Shown here: in pieces, positions 19,376 through 30,155 of the stretch
Layout: every line of letters starts with the position of its first letter
Position numbering within the stretch: position 1 is the first letter of the stretch
DNA from: Candidatus Poribacteria bacterium
Lineage (GTDB): Bacteria; Poribacteria; WGA-4E; WGA-3G
DNA length: 64,000 nt
Assembly: GCA_022822085.1 (NCBI GenBank)
Contig: JAJECK010000061.1
Span: 10,025 to 74,024 of the forward strand
Direction: 5' to 3'
Position numbers and translations under genes: made by a program
Notes under the pieces: model-generated
Told to the model about the DNA's origin: nothing
Database searches by the model: none
Seen by the model: the letters and a program-made list of their open reading frames with translations, nothing else

Positions 19376-20422
19376 TTGATAAATGTTGAGGAACTAAAAT
19401 TTTTATTGTCAGGATTTAAAGATATTAAGATTCTTGTCATAGGTGATTTTTATCTGGATGCATATTGGTATATAGACAAAACGCGTTCAACACTATCTTT
19501 AGAAACACCTTGGCATAACAATCCAGTTGTTGACCAACGATATAGTCCAGGTGCTGCAGGAACTGTTACGAATAACTTGAAGGCTTTGGGGATTGGAACA
19601 GTTTATACAATTGGTGTCATTGGAGAAGATGGTTTTGGACAAACATTGCTGAATCTATTAAATGAAAATGGATGTAGGACTGATTTCATGATTACTACAT
19701 CTAATTGTGTTACTCCCACTTATTTGAAACCTATACACCGGGGTTATGAAGATATTGAACACGAAGGACCGCGTTTTGATATAGAAAACAGAACTCCAAT
19801 TTCTGAAAATGTTGAGGAAGAGATACTAAAGGCATTATATGAATGTATACCAAATGTAGATGGTATTATCATAGGGGATCAAAGGCAACATGAAAATTAT
19901 GGAGTCATAACAGAACGCGTCCGTGAAGAATTGTGTAGTCTCGCTTCATCATATCCAGAGAAAGTCATCTTTGCAGATTCACGAAATCGTATTGGCAGAT
20001 ATAAAAATGTAATCATTAAACCGAATCGTTTTGAAGCACAGCGAGCAATTGATCCACATTGGGATGGGAAAACTGTAGATATTGAAACTGCCAAAAACTG
20101 TGCCATAAAACTTGCTAAACAAACACAAAGTCCGGTCTTCGTTACACTCGGTGAAAATGGTATTCTTGTCCATCAAAATGATCAACTTACCCATATACCA
20201 GGTATAAAGGTTGATGAAAAGATAGATCCTGTAGGTGCGGGGGATAGTGTGTCTGCAGGAATAGTTGCTGCACTCTGTAGCATAGAAAAAGAGAAGGTAG
20301 TAGATGCTGCTTATATTGGAAACTTGGTTGCATCCATCACAATAACAAAAATTGGCACGACCGGAACTGCGTCACCAGAGGAGATTCTGGAAAGGTATAA
20401 GAAAATAAATGAATGTCCATGA
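19376..20422 (+). CDS. PfkB-family carbohydrate kinase (D-glycero-beta-D-manno-heptose-7-phosphate kinase / HldE kinase-domain-like).
   Basis: N-terminal ILVIGDFYLDAYW resembles HldE/RfaE domain I. C-terminal DPVGAGDSVSAGIV is the PfkB signature. Confidence 0.7.
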   Translation: MINVEELKFLLSGFKDIKILVIGDFYLDAYWYIDKTRSTLSLETPWHNNPVVDQRYSPGAAGTVTNNLKALGIGTVYTIGVIGEDGFGQTLLNLLNENGCRTDFMITTSNCVTPTYLKPIHRGYEDIEHEGPRFDIENRTPISENVEEEILKALYECIPNVDGIIIGDQRQHENYGVITERVREELCSLASSYPEKVIFADSRNRIGRYKNVIIKPNRFEAQRAIDPHWDGKTVDIETAKNCAIKLAKQTQSPVFVTLGENGILVHQNDQLTHIPGIKVDEKIDPVGAGDSVSAGIVAALCSIEKEKVVDAAYIGNLVASITITKIGTTGTASPEEILERYKKINECP

Positions 20423-21194
20423 TGCAATCATACAACGTAGAAGTTATCGCGGTGAATTTCAAAATCGTCAGATTGATCAAACTGACTTGAATCGTATATT
20501 GGAAGCCGCACGATGGACACCTTCTCCATTTAACGTACAACCTTGGGAATTGCTCATAATTCAAGCGTCCGAGGGTAAAGATTTTCTTGCAAAAATGACT
20601 GAACAAGCCGTTGTAGAACAGTTTAAAGATGCAAAATTTTTAGAGGATAATAGTCAATGGATGTGTCTTGATGAAACAGAATGGAAGAACCGTGGGGATG
20701 GAGTGCTACTCACAGACCATATTACACTGCCTAAGATGTTTCAGGATGCACCTGAAAAACTAACTGGTAATATACTTAAGTTCTTATTGAATAATGCCAA
20801 ATCGTTATCCATTTTGGGACATCTTGGTGCGGGTAAGATGCCCGCGAATGAAATTGCAACGCAGGTTCGGGAATCACCTTTATTAATATTGATTACAATG
20901 AACACCAATAGAAAACCACCAGGAGAAGGCGCGTCTCGATGGATGTGGTTGAGCATGGGAATGTTAATCCAGAATATACTTCTGGCTGCAACATCACTCG
21001 GTATAGGAGTGCAATTTGTTAGTGCACCATTAGAAAGTGAAACAGATCGGGAAACAATCTGTAACCACTTTAATTTTCCTGAGTATCATGAGGTAATGAC
21101 ATTATTGAGGATAGGATATATAGATACAGAAGATGAAGGAGATTCAGTAAGATTAGAAACATCAGAGTTTGTCCATTTTGAAAATAAATCCTAA
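20409..21194 (+). CDS. Nitroreductase-family protein.
   Basis: RRSYRGEF...ILEAARWTPSPFNVQPWELLII is the canonical nitroreductase N-terminal motif. It overlaps the upstream kinase by 14 bp, consistent with an operon. Confidence 0.75.
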   Translation: MNVHDAIIQRRSYRGEFQNRQIDQTDLNRILEAARWTPSPFNVQPWELLIIQASEGKDFLAKMTEQAVVEQFKDAKFLEDNSQWMCLDETEWKNRGDGVLLTDHITLPKMFQDAPEKLTGNILKFLLNNAKSLSILGHLGAGKMPANEIATQVRESPLLILITMNTNRKPPGEGASRWMWLSMGMLIQNILLAATSLGIGVQFVSAPLESETDRETICNHFNFPEYHEVMTLLRIGYIDTEDEGDSVRLETSEFVHFENKS

Positions 21195-21203
21195 CACAGT
21201 TTG

Positions 21204-22223
21204 TTAGATAATACTATTTCCAAATAACTCATCATTATAAGCAAATAATGCGGGTGTTCCGCCTGTATGAAGGAAGATTACAGTGTCGTTTGAATTAAGT
21301 CTCCCGTCCTTTATATGGTCAATTAAGCATGCCATCGCTTTTGCTGTGTAAACTGGATCAAGAATAATCCCTTCAGTATTGGCAACTAATTTAAGTGCTG
21401 AAACACACTCCGGTGTCAGATAACCGTAGGCTTCTCCGATATAGTCATCAGTATTTAATATATCTGAATCTACGATTTGGGTATCCAGGTTTAAAATAGA
21501 AGCAGCTGAATTTGCAGCATCACGTATACGGTCAATTTTTCCTACCCAATGGACGGGTGAACATGCGTAAGGTTTTAGTTTCATATTGAGTGCTTTGGTG
21601 CCAAGTACCAATCCTGCTTGTGTTCCACCAACCGAAGCGGTATAGATCCAATCTGCATCAATCCCTAATTTTTCTTGTTGTTCATGTATTTCTGCGATAC
21701 ACCAAACAAAGGCAACAGCTGCAAGTGCAGTTGACCGAGGTGAGGTAACAACATAGGGTTTCAATCCGTCAGTTTTTAACTTTTCTGCAAGTTGAATTTT
21801 GAAATCCTCTAATTCTGGGCCAAACGGTATATCTACGATTTCGACATCAGCACCAAATAGATAATCTAAAAAAAGATTGCCCTGCACGATACTTTTATGG
21901 TCTCGCGCAAGGCGTAGGTAGCATCTTAATCCGAGTTTATTACAAGCTGCAGCTGCTTGACGGCAATGGTTAGATTGTGAGGCTGCCCCGTGAACGATTG
22001 TATCAGCACCTTGTGCAACAGCGTCTCCAATAGTGAAAGTCAACTGCCTGACTTTATTCCCTCCCATTGCTAAACCTGAACAATCTTCACGTTTGATATA
22101 TATACGTGGACCGCCAAGTGCCTCAGATAGACGCGGACACTCCTCAAGAGGGGTTGGAAAATGTCCTATATTTACTTGAGGTGTCTTTGCAATTCTTTGA
22201 AAAAGGTCTTGTTGAGATAGCAC
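21204..22223 (-). CDS. PLP-dependent ACC deaminase / D-cysteine desulfhydrase family protein.
   Basis: GGNKVRQL lysine-PLP motif and the overall PALP fold signature. 339 aa. Confidence 0.75.
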   Translation of the reverse strand: MLSQQDLFQRIAKTPQVNIGHFPTPLEECPRLSEALGGPRIYIKREDCSGLAMGGNKVRQLTFTIGDAVAQGADTIVHGAASQSNHCRQAAAACNKLGLRCYLRLARDHKSIVQGNLFLDYLFGADVEIVDIPFGPELEDFKIQLAEKLKTDGLKPYVVTSPRSTALAAVAFVWCIAEIHEQQEKLGIDADWIYTASVGGTQAGLVLGTKALNMKLKPYACSPVHWVGKIDRIRDAANSAASILNLDTQIVDSDILNTDDYIGEAYGYLTPECVSALKLVANTEGIILDPVYTAKAMACLIDHIKDGRLNSNDTVIFLHTGGTPALFAYNDELFGNSII

Positions 22224-22226
22224 TAA

Positions 22227-23822
22227 CTACTCCGCTTGAATCACTATAGCATTTTGTACTACCCGTTTTCCACCCTTTAATTGCAAACCAGGTGTTACAA
22301 CTTCAACAATCGTATCGGTTTCGAAATCGCTGCTACAAATATCTTTAAGTTCATGTATATCAGGAGAAAACTTAGTAGTCCCAGGTTCAATCGGCATTAA
22401 TTCATAATCAACTAAATCAAGAAACCAATTTAACCTTGTTTGAACTGATTGTAGCGTGCTAAATTCTGCAACTTTCGGGAAGAGTTTATCACGCACAAAT
22501 TCAAGCAAAAACTTTTTAAAAGCTGGCACCCTAACTTTTTCAGCATGTTTCTGTTCAAGGGTCGACAACTTATCAGTGAACCGTTTCAAATAATTGTCAC
22601 AGTCGTTCTGTATACGTACCAAATCTTGATCAGATAAAGCGGTTCTATCAGGAAAAAGTGTCGGTGAGGGGGCATTAACTCCTCTTGTATGTTTTAAAGT
22701 CTGTTTAAGTTCTTTCTCAATTGACTCAAGAGCTACACCAAGGGTTTCCTTTGTTGAAGTTGCTTTATTTGCTTCTGACTTCCATTCGCTGACTTCATTG
22801 ACCATTAGATTTAGAAGAAGAACAGCAGTTTGTTGTTCACTCAATGATTCGATATCCCAGTTCTCAAGGGGAATACTACACCCATTATTGTAATCCCTCT
22901 CTAATTTTTCCAAATCCGCATGAAATTTATCATATAGTTGTTGATTCAGTTGCCTGAAGTATTGCTTCTTGTTTGCAAATGACAAACCAAATGCACCAGC
23001 CAAATTACCTAAGAAACCATTTTTCTCCTTACTTTTACTTGTAGGTGATGCCATTTGGGGTGGAATGAATGTAGTTTTTTCTTTGGTGGCACTCTTAGGT
23101 AGTGACGGAACTTTGATTTTAAATTGTAGTTCAGTATTAACATCTGGAACATAATTATCTATGTTATTAGATTTGGATTTTACTTTCTCTGGTACACTGG
23201 ATTTGTCAATTGATTTTGATTCATCAGTATTTATTTCCAAATCTTTGGAAATAGACACATCATCAATAACATTAGGATTTTGATTAAGTTCCTGAGTTGT
23301 ATTCTCCGAATCTATTTTAGGAATATCATCATCTTCAATTGAACTTGCATTATCAAACGGTTTATTTCCGTTATTAACTGAATTAAAAGTTTGATTAATT
23401 CCGTGATCAGCATTATTCAGCAATACATCAATTTTGCCATCATTAGACAACATAGGTGTCTGTTGTTCTACCTCAGGCGTAGAAACATCGATAGGATTTT
23501 CCTTCAGATACTTTTCCTGTATCTGTTTTAGTTCTTCCAGAATTTTTTCGGTATATGTAGCGATCGGTTCATGATTGTCAACGTAAAATGCTAATTTATG
23601 TGATTGGATTACTTCTGGCGGTACTACCACTTCTTGGACTTGTCCGGTAAGTTGGAAAGCAGTCCAATTAACGCGTCCACTGCTGGGTTGTTGCTGAAAC
23701 ATTACGCGTAATCGCTTGCCCTCGTCAGTGGTATTCAATACACTCATGACAACATGCGGACCTTCGAAGGTAAAATTAATCTCAATACCCTTAAAACTTC
23801 CCGATACACTATTTGATGCCAT
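22227..23822 (-). CDS. Hypothetical protein (531 aa) with a low-complexity N/S/D/K-rich central region.
   Basis: Long ORF separated by 3 bp from the downstream ACC-deaminase-like gene on the same strand. No recognisable motif. Confidence 0.55.
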   Translation of the reverse strand: MASNSVSGSFKGIEINFTFEGPHVVMSVLNTTDEGKRLRVMFQQQPSSGRVNWTAFQLTGQVQEVVVPPEVIQSHKLAFYVDNHEPIATYTEKILEELKQIQEKYLKENPIDVSTPEVEQQTPMLSNDGKIDVLLNNADHGINQTFNSVNNGNKPFDNASSIEDDDIPKIDSENTTQELNQNPNVIDDVSISKDLEINTDESKSIDKSSVPEKVKSKSNNIDNYVPDVNTELQFKIKVPSLPKSATKEKTTFIPPQMASPTSKSKEKNGFLGNLAGAFGLSFANKKQYFRQLNQQLYDKFHADLEKLERDYNNGCSIPLENWDIESLSEQQTAVLLLNLMVNEVSEWKSEANKATSTKETLGVALESIEKELKQTLKHTRGVNAPSPTLFPDRTALSDQDLVRIQNDCDNYLKRFTDKLSTLEQKHAEKVRVPAFKKFLLEFVRDKLFPKVAEFSTLQSVQTRLNWFLDLVDYELMPIEPGTTKFSPDIHELKDICSSDFETDTIVEVVTPGLQLKGGKRVVQNAIVIQAE

Positions 23823-24088
23823 CCGAATATCTCCTCCTAAAAACTACCTGTACATAATTGATTTACATATTGAGTCCATATTTCAAAAGACTGAAATGGG
23901 GTCCGAACGGTTTTTCTAACCTACCCATTTAATATGTTAATTCCGTTCGGACATTAAAGGTACTAATGCTGAAACTATCACATTGAAGTGTTCTTTTTTA
24001 GAATCATACAGTAAGGAACAATACATTAGAGCATAGTATCCTCTCCACATTATATTCATTTTAACGTAACAATTCTTACTGGGTTACA

Positions 24089-24146
24089 TCCCATTATAAG
24101 ACATCAAAATTATTTGATGTCTTATAATGGGTATTTAAGCTTTTTT
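24089..24146 (+). terminator. Hairpin with 19-bp perfect arms (cccattataagacatcaaa / tttgatgtcttataatggg) followed by a T-rich tract (tatttaagcttttttg).
   Basis: Seen directly. It lies just beyond the stop (24156) of the minus-strand protease gene. The T-run orientation is plus-sense, so function is uncertain; it may be a bidirectional terminator or an operator. Confidence 0.4.
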
Positions 24147-24155
24147 GAAATTGTA

Positions 24156-27100
24156 TTATCTTTGAATGGCCATTTTACGAGTATGAGAAAAATCACCTGC
24201 ATTCAATTTATAAAAATAGATGCCACTTACAACGGGTTCACCCATCATATTTTTCCCATCCCAATGGGCACTATGTCTACCTGATTGATGAAAACCTAAT
24301 GTTTTCTGTATTATTAGTTTGCCGGATGTATTATATATTGTAAGAGAAACCTCTGAGGGTTTTGCGAGTGTAAAAGGAATCCAAGTTTCTGGGTTAAATG
24401 GGTTAGGAAAGTTTTGCAGCAGTTGGTTTTTTGGAGTTAGTGATTTTTGTGTTATCTGTCGAGAATAATTCTGCGGATTTTCTTCTACTGCAAGGTTTTG
24501 ATTCTCTGTGTTAATACGAAATATCTTGAGTTGGTGTTTATCTGCCACATATATTACATCATCCACAGCTAAGATATCTGTGGGAGATTGAAATTGTGAG
24601 TACCGGGTAAGACGGGTCATTGTCCGCGTATCTATGATCTGGAGTGTATCAATATCAAGTAAAAATAGATAATTACCGTTTACTTCGGCAGCTATTGGTA
24701 ACTGTGTATCCACATAGTCACTATTTAATGTGAGTTGGTTCGGTTTTTGTTTATCAATCTGTAAAACACCATTTCGATTGTCTAATATGTAAAGATAATT
24801 TTCATCAACCATAACATTCGCTGCAGCACCTTCTGTGGTGTATGTAGAAATTGGTCGTGGTTGAGCTGGTTCTGATATATCTAACAAATGAACACCACCT
24901 TCAAGTGCAGCAACATAGACGTTGGACTCGTCGTATGTTATTCTATATGCTGATCCTGGAAACATCCTTTGTGTAACGATACGGCTTTGCTCCGGGATCG
25001 TGATGTCAACTATAATTAGAGATTTAGCACACAAATATGCATAATTATGAATTAATGCTATATCCCATACTGGTTCTGTCGTAGAGATTTGAGCAAGCAT
25101 TTTACCAGTTTCTATATCTATCACAGTCATACCGTCGTCTGTTCCAACAAATGCGTTATGTTTGTGTATCTTAACGCATAATGCACCTTGTTCTCCTGAA
25201 ACAGTCCGTATCACTCGAACAATTTTTCCAGTTTGAGTATCATCTAATTCAACTATCTTTACCCCTCCGCGACCGTTTGCAATAGCAACTGTTGTCCCTA
25301 CTCCATCATATTTTGCATCAATGGCATGTGCAACACCTTTGGAACTATAGTTGTTCACCCAAATTGGACTATTTGGGTGTGTAACATCTATTGTTTGTAT
25401 ACCCCCAGATCCATCTGCAACATAAGCATATATCTTTTTATCATCTTCATAATATTGCAATGCAATATCAGATGCGTTACCAAGTGTTGGATAGGATGAA
25501 ATAACACGAGGTGTTTGAGTGTTATTCACACTAACTACATGTAATCCCGACTGCTTGTCAGTTAGGTATAGCAAACCTTGAAAAAAATTTACGGAAGTTA
25601 AACTACCTGGCGTATTTGCTCGAGATATAACTTCTGTATTAAATATATTACCAATATTTACAACTTGTAAATCACCAGCAGCAGCAAGGACAAATCTACC
25701 TAAAACGTGAAAATCAGATATTAATAGTGGGAGAGTGTTTGAAATAGTAAATCCTCCCAGATTATCAGGTGTCAAAATGTATAAGCCTCTTGCATTATCG
25801 CTTAGATAGATTTTTCCTTCATCGTTTGTAGATACTTTTATTGGAGACCCAGCTGTTCTAAAGGATTGCCGTGGAAGAGGATTGTTGTGATTATTTAAAT
25901 CCTGTTTATTGAAAATCAATAGTCCGTTTAGTGTATCAAGTGTATATAGTTTTTGGTTTGCAAAGTGCACATCACGAGCATTCTGAAAACCGCCTAAAGA
26001 TTTTATAATTTTTGGTGAAGTTGGAGGGTTAACATCAATCATGAGTACACCAGATTTACCATCGGCAACATAGACAGTATCTTCATCAACAGCAATTGCT
26101 TGTGCAAGTCCCGGAGTAGCACTTTCTCCAATATGAATCGGTGTTGGGTTCAATGAAAAAATTTCCAACCCCCAATCACTGGTTGTATAAGCAATGTTAT
26201 TCTTAATAATAATCTTATTATAATTGCTGGATAGATGTATCTGTGATACGGGATTGAGCTTGATAGAATGATGAGCTGGAATTATAGGAATTCCTGCATT
26301 TCGGTTGATATAGAGCGGTTTTGTATTACTTGCAGGTGGATATGTTACATCAGATGGAGTCAAACTTTCAATTGAATGGTGATAATCACGTTTATGTGTT
26401 TGTATTAGATTTACTATATCAATTGAATTTAATCCATCTGCATGTTTTGCATCATATTTGAATGTCTGTGGATATTCAGATGTGACGATTAACAGAATTT
26501 TACCGTCATGACGAAGATTGCCAATTTGTATTCTGTTTGTGCGTTTGCTATCTTCCCCATTTACATCTAAAGTAGATGGGACTGACTTGATAATAGGTTG
26601 GTTTTTATCGGGATTATAATATGCAATATTTGCATAAAGATATGAATCTGGTGATGAATTTAATGTCAATACAAAGTTAGTTGGCAAGTTTTGAAAGAGA
26701 AAATACTTTACGCCCCAACTATCAATTTGTGTTATTCCAGATGTGGTTGGATATTGATTGATACGTGGTATATGGGCGGTAATCCTACGATTAGGCAGAT
26801 GCTGATAAGTCAGATCGTTTCCACGTATAGGGTTGTTAAACCAATTTGCAGTAGCCCAATTAAGGAAGATATCAACTAAATTATCGTTTTTATTTAAGGT
26901 CGCATCAATCGCTGGAAGTCCGAGTATATCTTCATCAGCAAGTTTTCTTATAAAGTTAATACCACCATGGTTTTCATATAAATATAATAGAAACATAAAT
27001 GAAGCACCGTAATAGGTATCAAATGTGTTGGCTGTAGTCAACGACATACTTGGGGCAGCAAGATAACCATCTACAAATAAAGTATGTATATATCCATATA

Positions 27101-27803
27101 TCCCCCATTCTGTGAAAGACGCAATCCCTTCTTCCAGCCACCGTTGGTCTGATGTTCCTCCATTCTGATACCAGTTGACAAGATGGGCAAACTCATGTGC
27201 CAGGCTGCTTTTGAAGGTTAGTTCACTACGTACTTTATATTGAAAAATATCCATATATAATATATCTCGCCTATTACTGGTTGGTAGGGTTGGATAAAGA
27301 TCAGTAGGCGAAAAATATCCTCCGAAGTCTTGTCCCGATTTATTATTCCCAACATCATGCAACAAAATAGTGATTTTGTTATCTCGATCCAAACCCGGTT
27401 GCGTTTCTGAACCGATCCAGTGTTGGACTTTTGGATATATCTCGGTATCAAATGTGCTAGCTATGGCTTTGGCTTGAGCTTCAGTTAGCATTTTCTGATA
27501 TATTTCTTCAACGAAGATATAACAATACTTACCGACTGCAACGCATTTAGCATTAATTGTTGTCTCAGGAATGTGGACAAAGAAACGAAATGATTGTCCT
27601 ATTTTTGCAGGTGCAGCAGGTGCTGCTATAATATTGTCTAAATTAGGAATGACGTTGTTTTGAAATGTGTGGAATTTCTCACAGATTAATGGTGTTCCGC
27701 ATTTCCAGGATTCTGCATGTAAATTCTGACCACAAAAACATATCAAACCGACAATTATAATCAATATGATTCTTGAGAGTTTACGAGGATGTAAGGAACG
27801 CAT
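24156..27803 (-). CDS. Large secreted HEXXH zinc-metalloprotease-like protein with beta-propeller/LVIVD-like repeats and a T9SS-type (Por_Secre_tail) C-terminal sorting domain (1215 aa).
   Basis: Signal peptide. HEFAHLVNW zincin motif. C-terminus FPNPFNPETWIPFTL...SGIYFYKL matches the TIGR04183 / Por secretion-tail pattern. Confidence 0.7.
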   Translation of the reverse strand: MRSLHPRKLSRIILIIIVGLICFCGQNLHAESWKCGTPLICEKFHTFQNNVIPNLDNIIAAPAAPAKIGQSFRFFVHIPETTINAKCVAVGKYCYIFVEEIYQKMLTEAQAKAIASTFDTEIYPKVQHWIGSETQPGLDRDNKITILLHDVGNNKSGQDFGGYFSPTDLYPTLPTSNRRDILYMDIFQYKVRSELTFKSSLAHEFAHLVNWYQNGGTSDQRWLEEGIASFTEWGIYGYIHTLFVDGYLAAPSMSLTTANTFDTYYGASFMFLLYLYENHGGINFIRKLADEDILGLPAIDATLNKNDNLVDIFLNWATANWFNNPIRGNDLTYQHLPNRRITAHIPRINQYPTTSGITQIDSWGVKYFLFQNLPTNFVLTLNSSPDSYLYANIAYYNPDKNQPIIKSVPSTLDVNGEDSKRTNRIQIGNLRHDGKILLIVTSEYPQTFKYDAKHADGLNSIDIVNLIQTHKRDYHHSIESLTPSDVTYPPASNTKPLYINRNAGIPIIPAHHSIKLNPVSQIHLSSNYNKIIIKNNIAYTTSDWGLEIFSLNPTPIHIGESATPGLAQAIAVDEDTVYVADGKSGVLMIDVNPPTSPKIIKSLGGFQNARDVHFANQKLYTLDTLNGLLIFNKQDLNNHNNPLPRQSFRTAGSPIKVSTNDEGKIYLSDNARGLYILTPDNLGGFTISNTLPLLISDFHVLGRFVLAAAGDLQVVNIGNIFNTEVISRANTPGSLTSVNFFQGLLYLTDKQSGLHVVSVNNTQTPRVISSYPTLGNASDIALQYYEDDKKIYAYVADGSGGIQTIDVTHPNSPIWVNNYSSKGVAHAIDAKYDGVGTTVAIANGRGGVKIVELDDTQTGKIVRVIRTVSGEQGALCVKIHKHNAFVGTDDGMTVIDIETGKMLAQISTTEPVWDIALIHNYAYLCAKSLIIVDITIPEQSRIVTQRMFPGSAYRITYDESNVYVAALEGGVHLLDISEPAQPRPISTYTTEGAAANVMVDENYLYILDNRNGVLQIDKQKPNQLTLNSDYVDTQLPIAAEVNGNYLFLLDIDTLQIIDTRTMTRLTRYSQFQSPTDILAVDDVIYVADKHQLKIFRINTENQNLAVEENPQNYSRQITQKSLTPKNQLLQNFPNPFNPETWIPFTLAKPSEVSLTIYNTSGKLIIQKTLGFHQSGRHSAHWDGKNMMGEPVVSGIYFYKLNAGDFSHTRKMAIQR

Positions 27804-27930
27804 AATTTGATTTCATCCAAAAGATTGTAGGTGACACGAAATACTATTATGACTATAATACTAAATTAGACTGATATTTAACTACATGATTTGATGATTG
27901 CAGGAGGAAATTTGTTCATCAACATAAACT

Positions 27931-28350
27931 ATGAAACCTTTTGAATACATAGAACACACAGCAGATGCTGGAATGCGTGTCTGGGGAGAAAATTTGCAAA
28001 CTCTTTTTACTCATGCCGCACAAGGACTTTTTGAAATGATCGCTGTAATTGATTCTATTGATGAGACATCTTTAATTAATATTCAGTTAGAATCAGAATC
28101 AGTTGAAATGTTGTTTGTTTCGTGGTTAGATGAAATAATCTTCAGACATGAAACAGATGAGATGTTTTTTAAACGTGCAGAGATTTGTAGCATAAGTTCA
28201 ACAGAATTAGTTGCTAAGGTCTATGGTGAACCGACAGATTATAACAAACATATCGTATATACTGAAATTAAAGCAGTAACTTATCATCAGTTATACGTTG
28301 AACAGAAACCTAATAATACCTGGGAAGCACAAGTAATATTTGATTTGTAA
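27931..28350 (+). CDS. Archease (RtcB ligase activator family).
   Basis: The N-terminus FEYIEHTADAGMRVWG is the archease signature. Its 139-aa size is typical. Confidence 0.8.
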   Translation: MKPFEYIEHTADAGMRVWGENLQTLFTHAAQGLFEMIAVIDSIDETSLINIQLESESVEMLFVSWLDEIIFRHETDEMFFKRAEICSISSTELVAKVYGEPTDYNKHIVYTEIKAVTYHQLYVEQKPNNTWEAQVIFDL

Positions 28351-28391
28351 CAAATGACATTATACACCTGTCCTACATTAGCCTAACTCAT

Positions 28392-30128
28392 CTATTCTTC
28401 AGTGATATGAATTAACTGATTCGTCCTTTGGTTCTTTAGAGTACTAATTTTGCCGCTGGTCCAAGTTACCTCAATTTTTTCTACAAAACTATCTTCCTTT
28501 ACACCAAAGATTGTAGTTAATGCGCTTTGAGAACAATAACTTGATCCACTTCTTACAGTTTTAGTTTGTGTCCCATTTGAAGAAGAAATATGGATTTGTG
28601 CACCAATTCCATTACGATTGCTCTTATTTCCAATCAGTTTAATTTTCAACCAATTATTGCGATTACCTCCGTCATTTCTGTAGAGATGTGCACGTCCATT
28701 AGAAGTTGTTATGAGTATATCAATATCTCCATCGTTATCAATGTCTGCATGTGCTGCCCCTCTTCCCACAACAGGTTTTGCTAAGTCATTTCCAACCTTG
28801 TCTAACACATCTGCAAACTTTCCACCAGTTTTATTTTGAAATAGATGAGGTGATTGCGCGTAAGTGACCTCGCTTTGAACTTTATTTATGTCTGTTTCAA
28901 CATGACCGTTTGTTGTAAATATATCAACATATCCATCAAGGTCAAAATCAAAGAAAAAACATCCAAAAGTTAGTGTTAGCAGGCTTGAATGACCAATTTG
29001 TGCCACAGGTGCATCATCAATAAAAAAATCACCTTCATTATGGTATAAATTCAGCATTTCGTTGGAAAAATTACCTATTATAAGACTTTCTCTTCCGATA
29101 CGATCATAGTCTGCTGCATCAACCCCCATAGCACCTGTCGCAACGCCACTTTCGTTAAATGCAACCGCTGCCAACATGCCAACTTCAATAAAAGTTCCGT
29201 CTCCATTATTCTGATATAATTTATTGGGTTGTGTATCGTTAGCTTCAAAAATATCGGGTAGACCGTCTTGGTTATAATCAAGTATACAAACCCCTAAAGA
29301 TTTACTGAATGGATCACTAATCCCAGCATGCCGTGAAGCATCAACGAATGTGCCATTGCCACGATTACGAAAAAGTTTACTTGCCTGACCTTTATATGAT
29401 TCTGGTGTGCAGTATGATTTATTCTTACCATCCAATGTACAGAAAAGGTCTGTCGCTATTGTCCATTCAACATAATTGGCAACAAAGATATCAAGATGAC
29501 CATCTTTATTATAATCAAACCAGGCACAACTTGTACCGAAACCAGGGTTATCTATTCCTGATTTTTTTGTAACATCCAAAAATGTACCATCACCGTTGTT
29601 TTGAAACAGTTTATCTGCATTTAGGCAACTCAAATAGATATCATCATCGCCATCATTATCATAATCAGCGACTGCAACCCCCATGCCATACACAGATATA
29701 TTCAAACCGGAAGTGACGGTAACATCAGTGAATGTTCCATCTTGGTTGTTTCTGTATAGGGCTGGAATTTCAGATTTCCCAGTATTGTGATTTTCCCAAT
29801 CTTTGCAATTTACAAGAAATATATCCTGCCACCCATCGCTGTTGTAATCAATAAAAGCACATCCAGAACCCATTGTTTCCGGTAGATATTTTTTACCAAA
29901 TGCCCCATTATTGTGGACGAAAGTAATTCCAGCTTCATTTGTGATTTCAGTGAACTTTGGTAATGGCTCTGCAGTGGGACTAACATTCAAATGTAGACAG
30001 CATAGCAATACAACAAAGAACAGTGTACTCTTTAAAACTGAATAAGACGATGAAATGTTATGACAACCATCGTGATAGTTGAAGTAAATTAATCTGAGAA
30101 CTGGGTTTCCTTTTATCATTGCGTGCAT
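28392..30128 (-). CDS. CRTAC1-family FG-GAP repeat protein with ASPIC/UnbV C-terminal domain, secreted.
   Basis: Repeated D.D.DG..D(I/L)(F/Y) FG-GAP/VCBS calcium-binding motifs. C-terminal ASPIC-like segment (RNGIGAQIHISS..., TWTSGKI). Confidence 0.8.
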   Translation of the reverse strand: MHAMIKGNPVLRLIYFNYHDGCHNISSSYSVLKSTLFFVVLLCCLHLNVSPTAEPLPKFTEITNEAGITFVHNNGAFGKKYLPETMGSGCAFIDYNSDGWQDIFLVNCKDWENHNTGKSEIPALYRNNQDGTFTDVTVTSGLNISVYGMGVAVADYDNDGDDDIYLSCLNADKLFQNNGDGTFLDVTKKSGIDNPGFGTSCAWFDYNKDGHLDIFVANYVEWTIATDLFCTLDGKNKSYCTPESYKGQASKLFRNRGNGTFVDASRHAGISDPFSKSLGVCILDYNQDGLPDIFEANDTQPNKLYQNNGDGTFIEVGMLAAVAFNESGVATGAMGVDAADYDRIGRESLIIGNFSNEMLNLYHNEGDFFIDDAPVAQIGHSSLLTLTFGCFFFDFDLDGYVDIFTTNGHVETDINKVQSEVTYAQSPHLFQNKTGGKFADVLDKVGNDLAKPVVGRGAAHADIDNDGDIDILITTSNGRAHLYRNDGGNRNNWLKIKLIGNKSNRNGIGAQIHISSSNGTQTKTVRSGSSYCSQSALTTIFGVKEDSFVEKIEVTWTSGKISTLKNQRTNQLIHITEE

Positions 30129-30155
30129 GGTATGAAACTGATTTCTGAATATGTC

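Noticed and set aside
23901-23952. Inverted GTCCGAACGG / CCGTTCGGAC pair with a 32-nt spacer upstream of the 22227-23822 gene, and a related CCGTCCGAACGG at about 15709-15726.
   Set aside because: The arms are short (10 bp) and it occurs at only two loci. It could be a chance match or a simple operator. It is too weak to call a repeat family or regulatory site without genome-wide counts.
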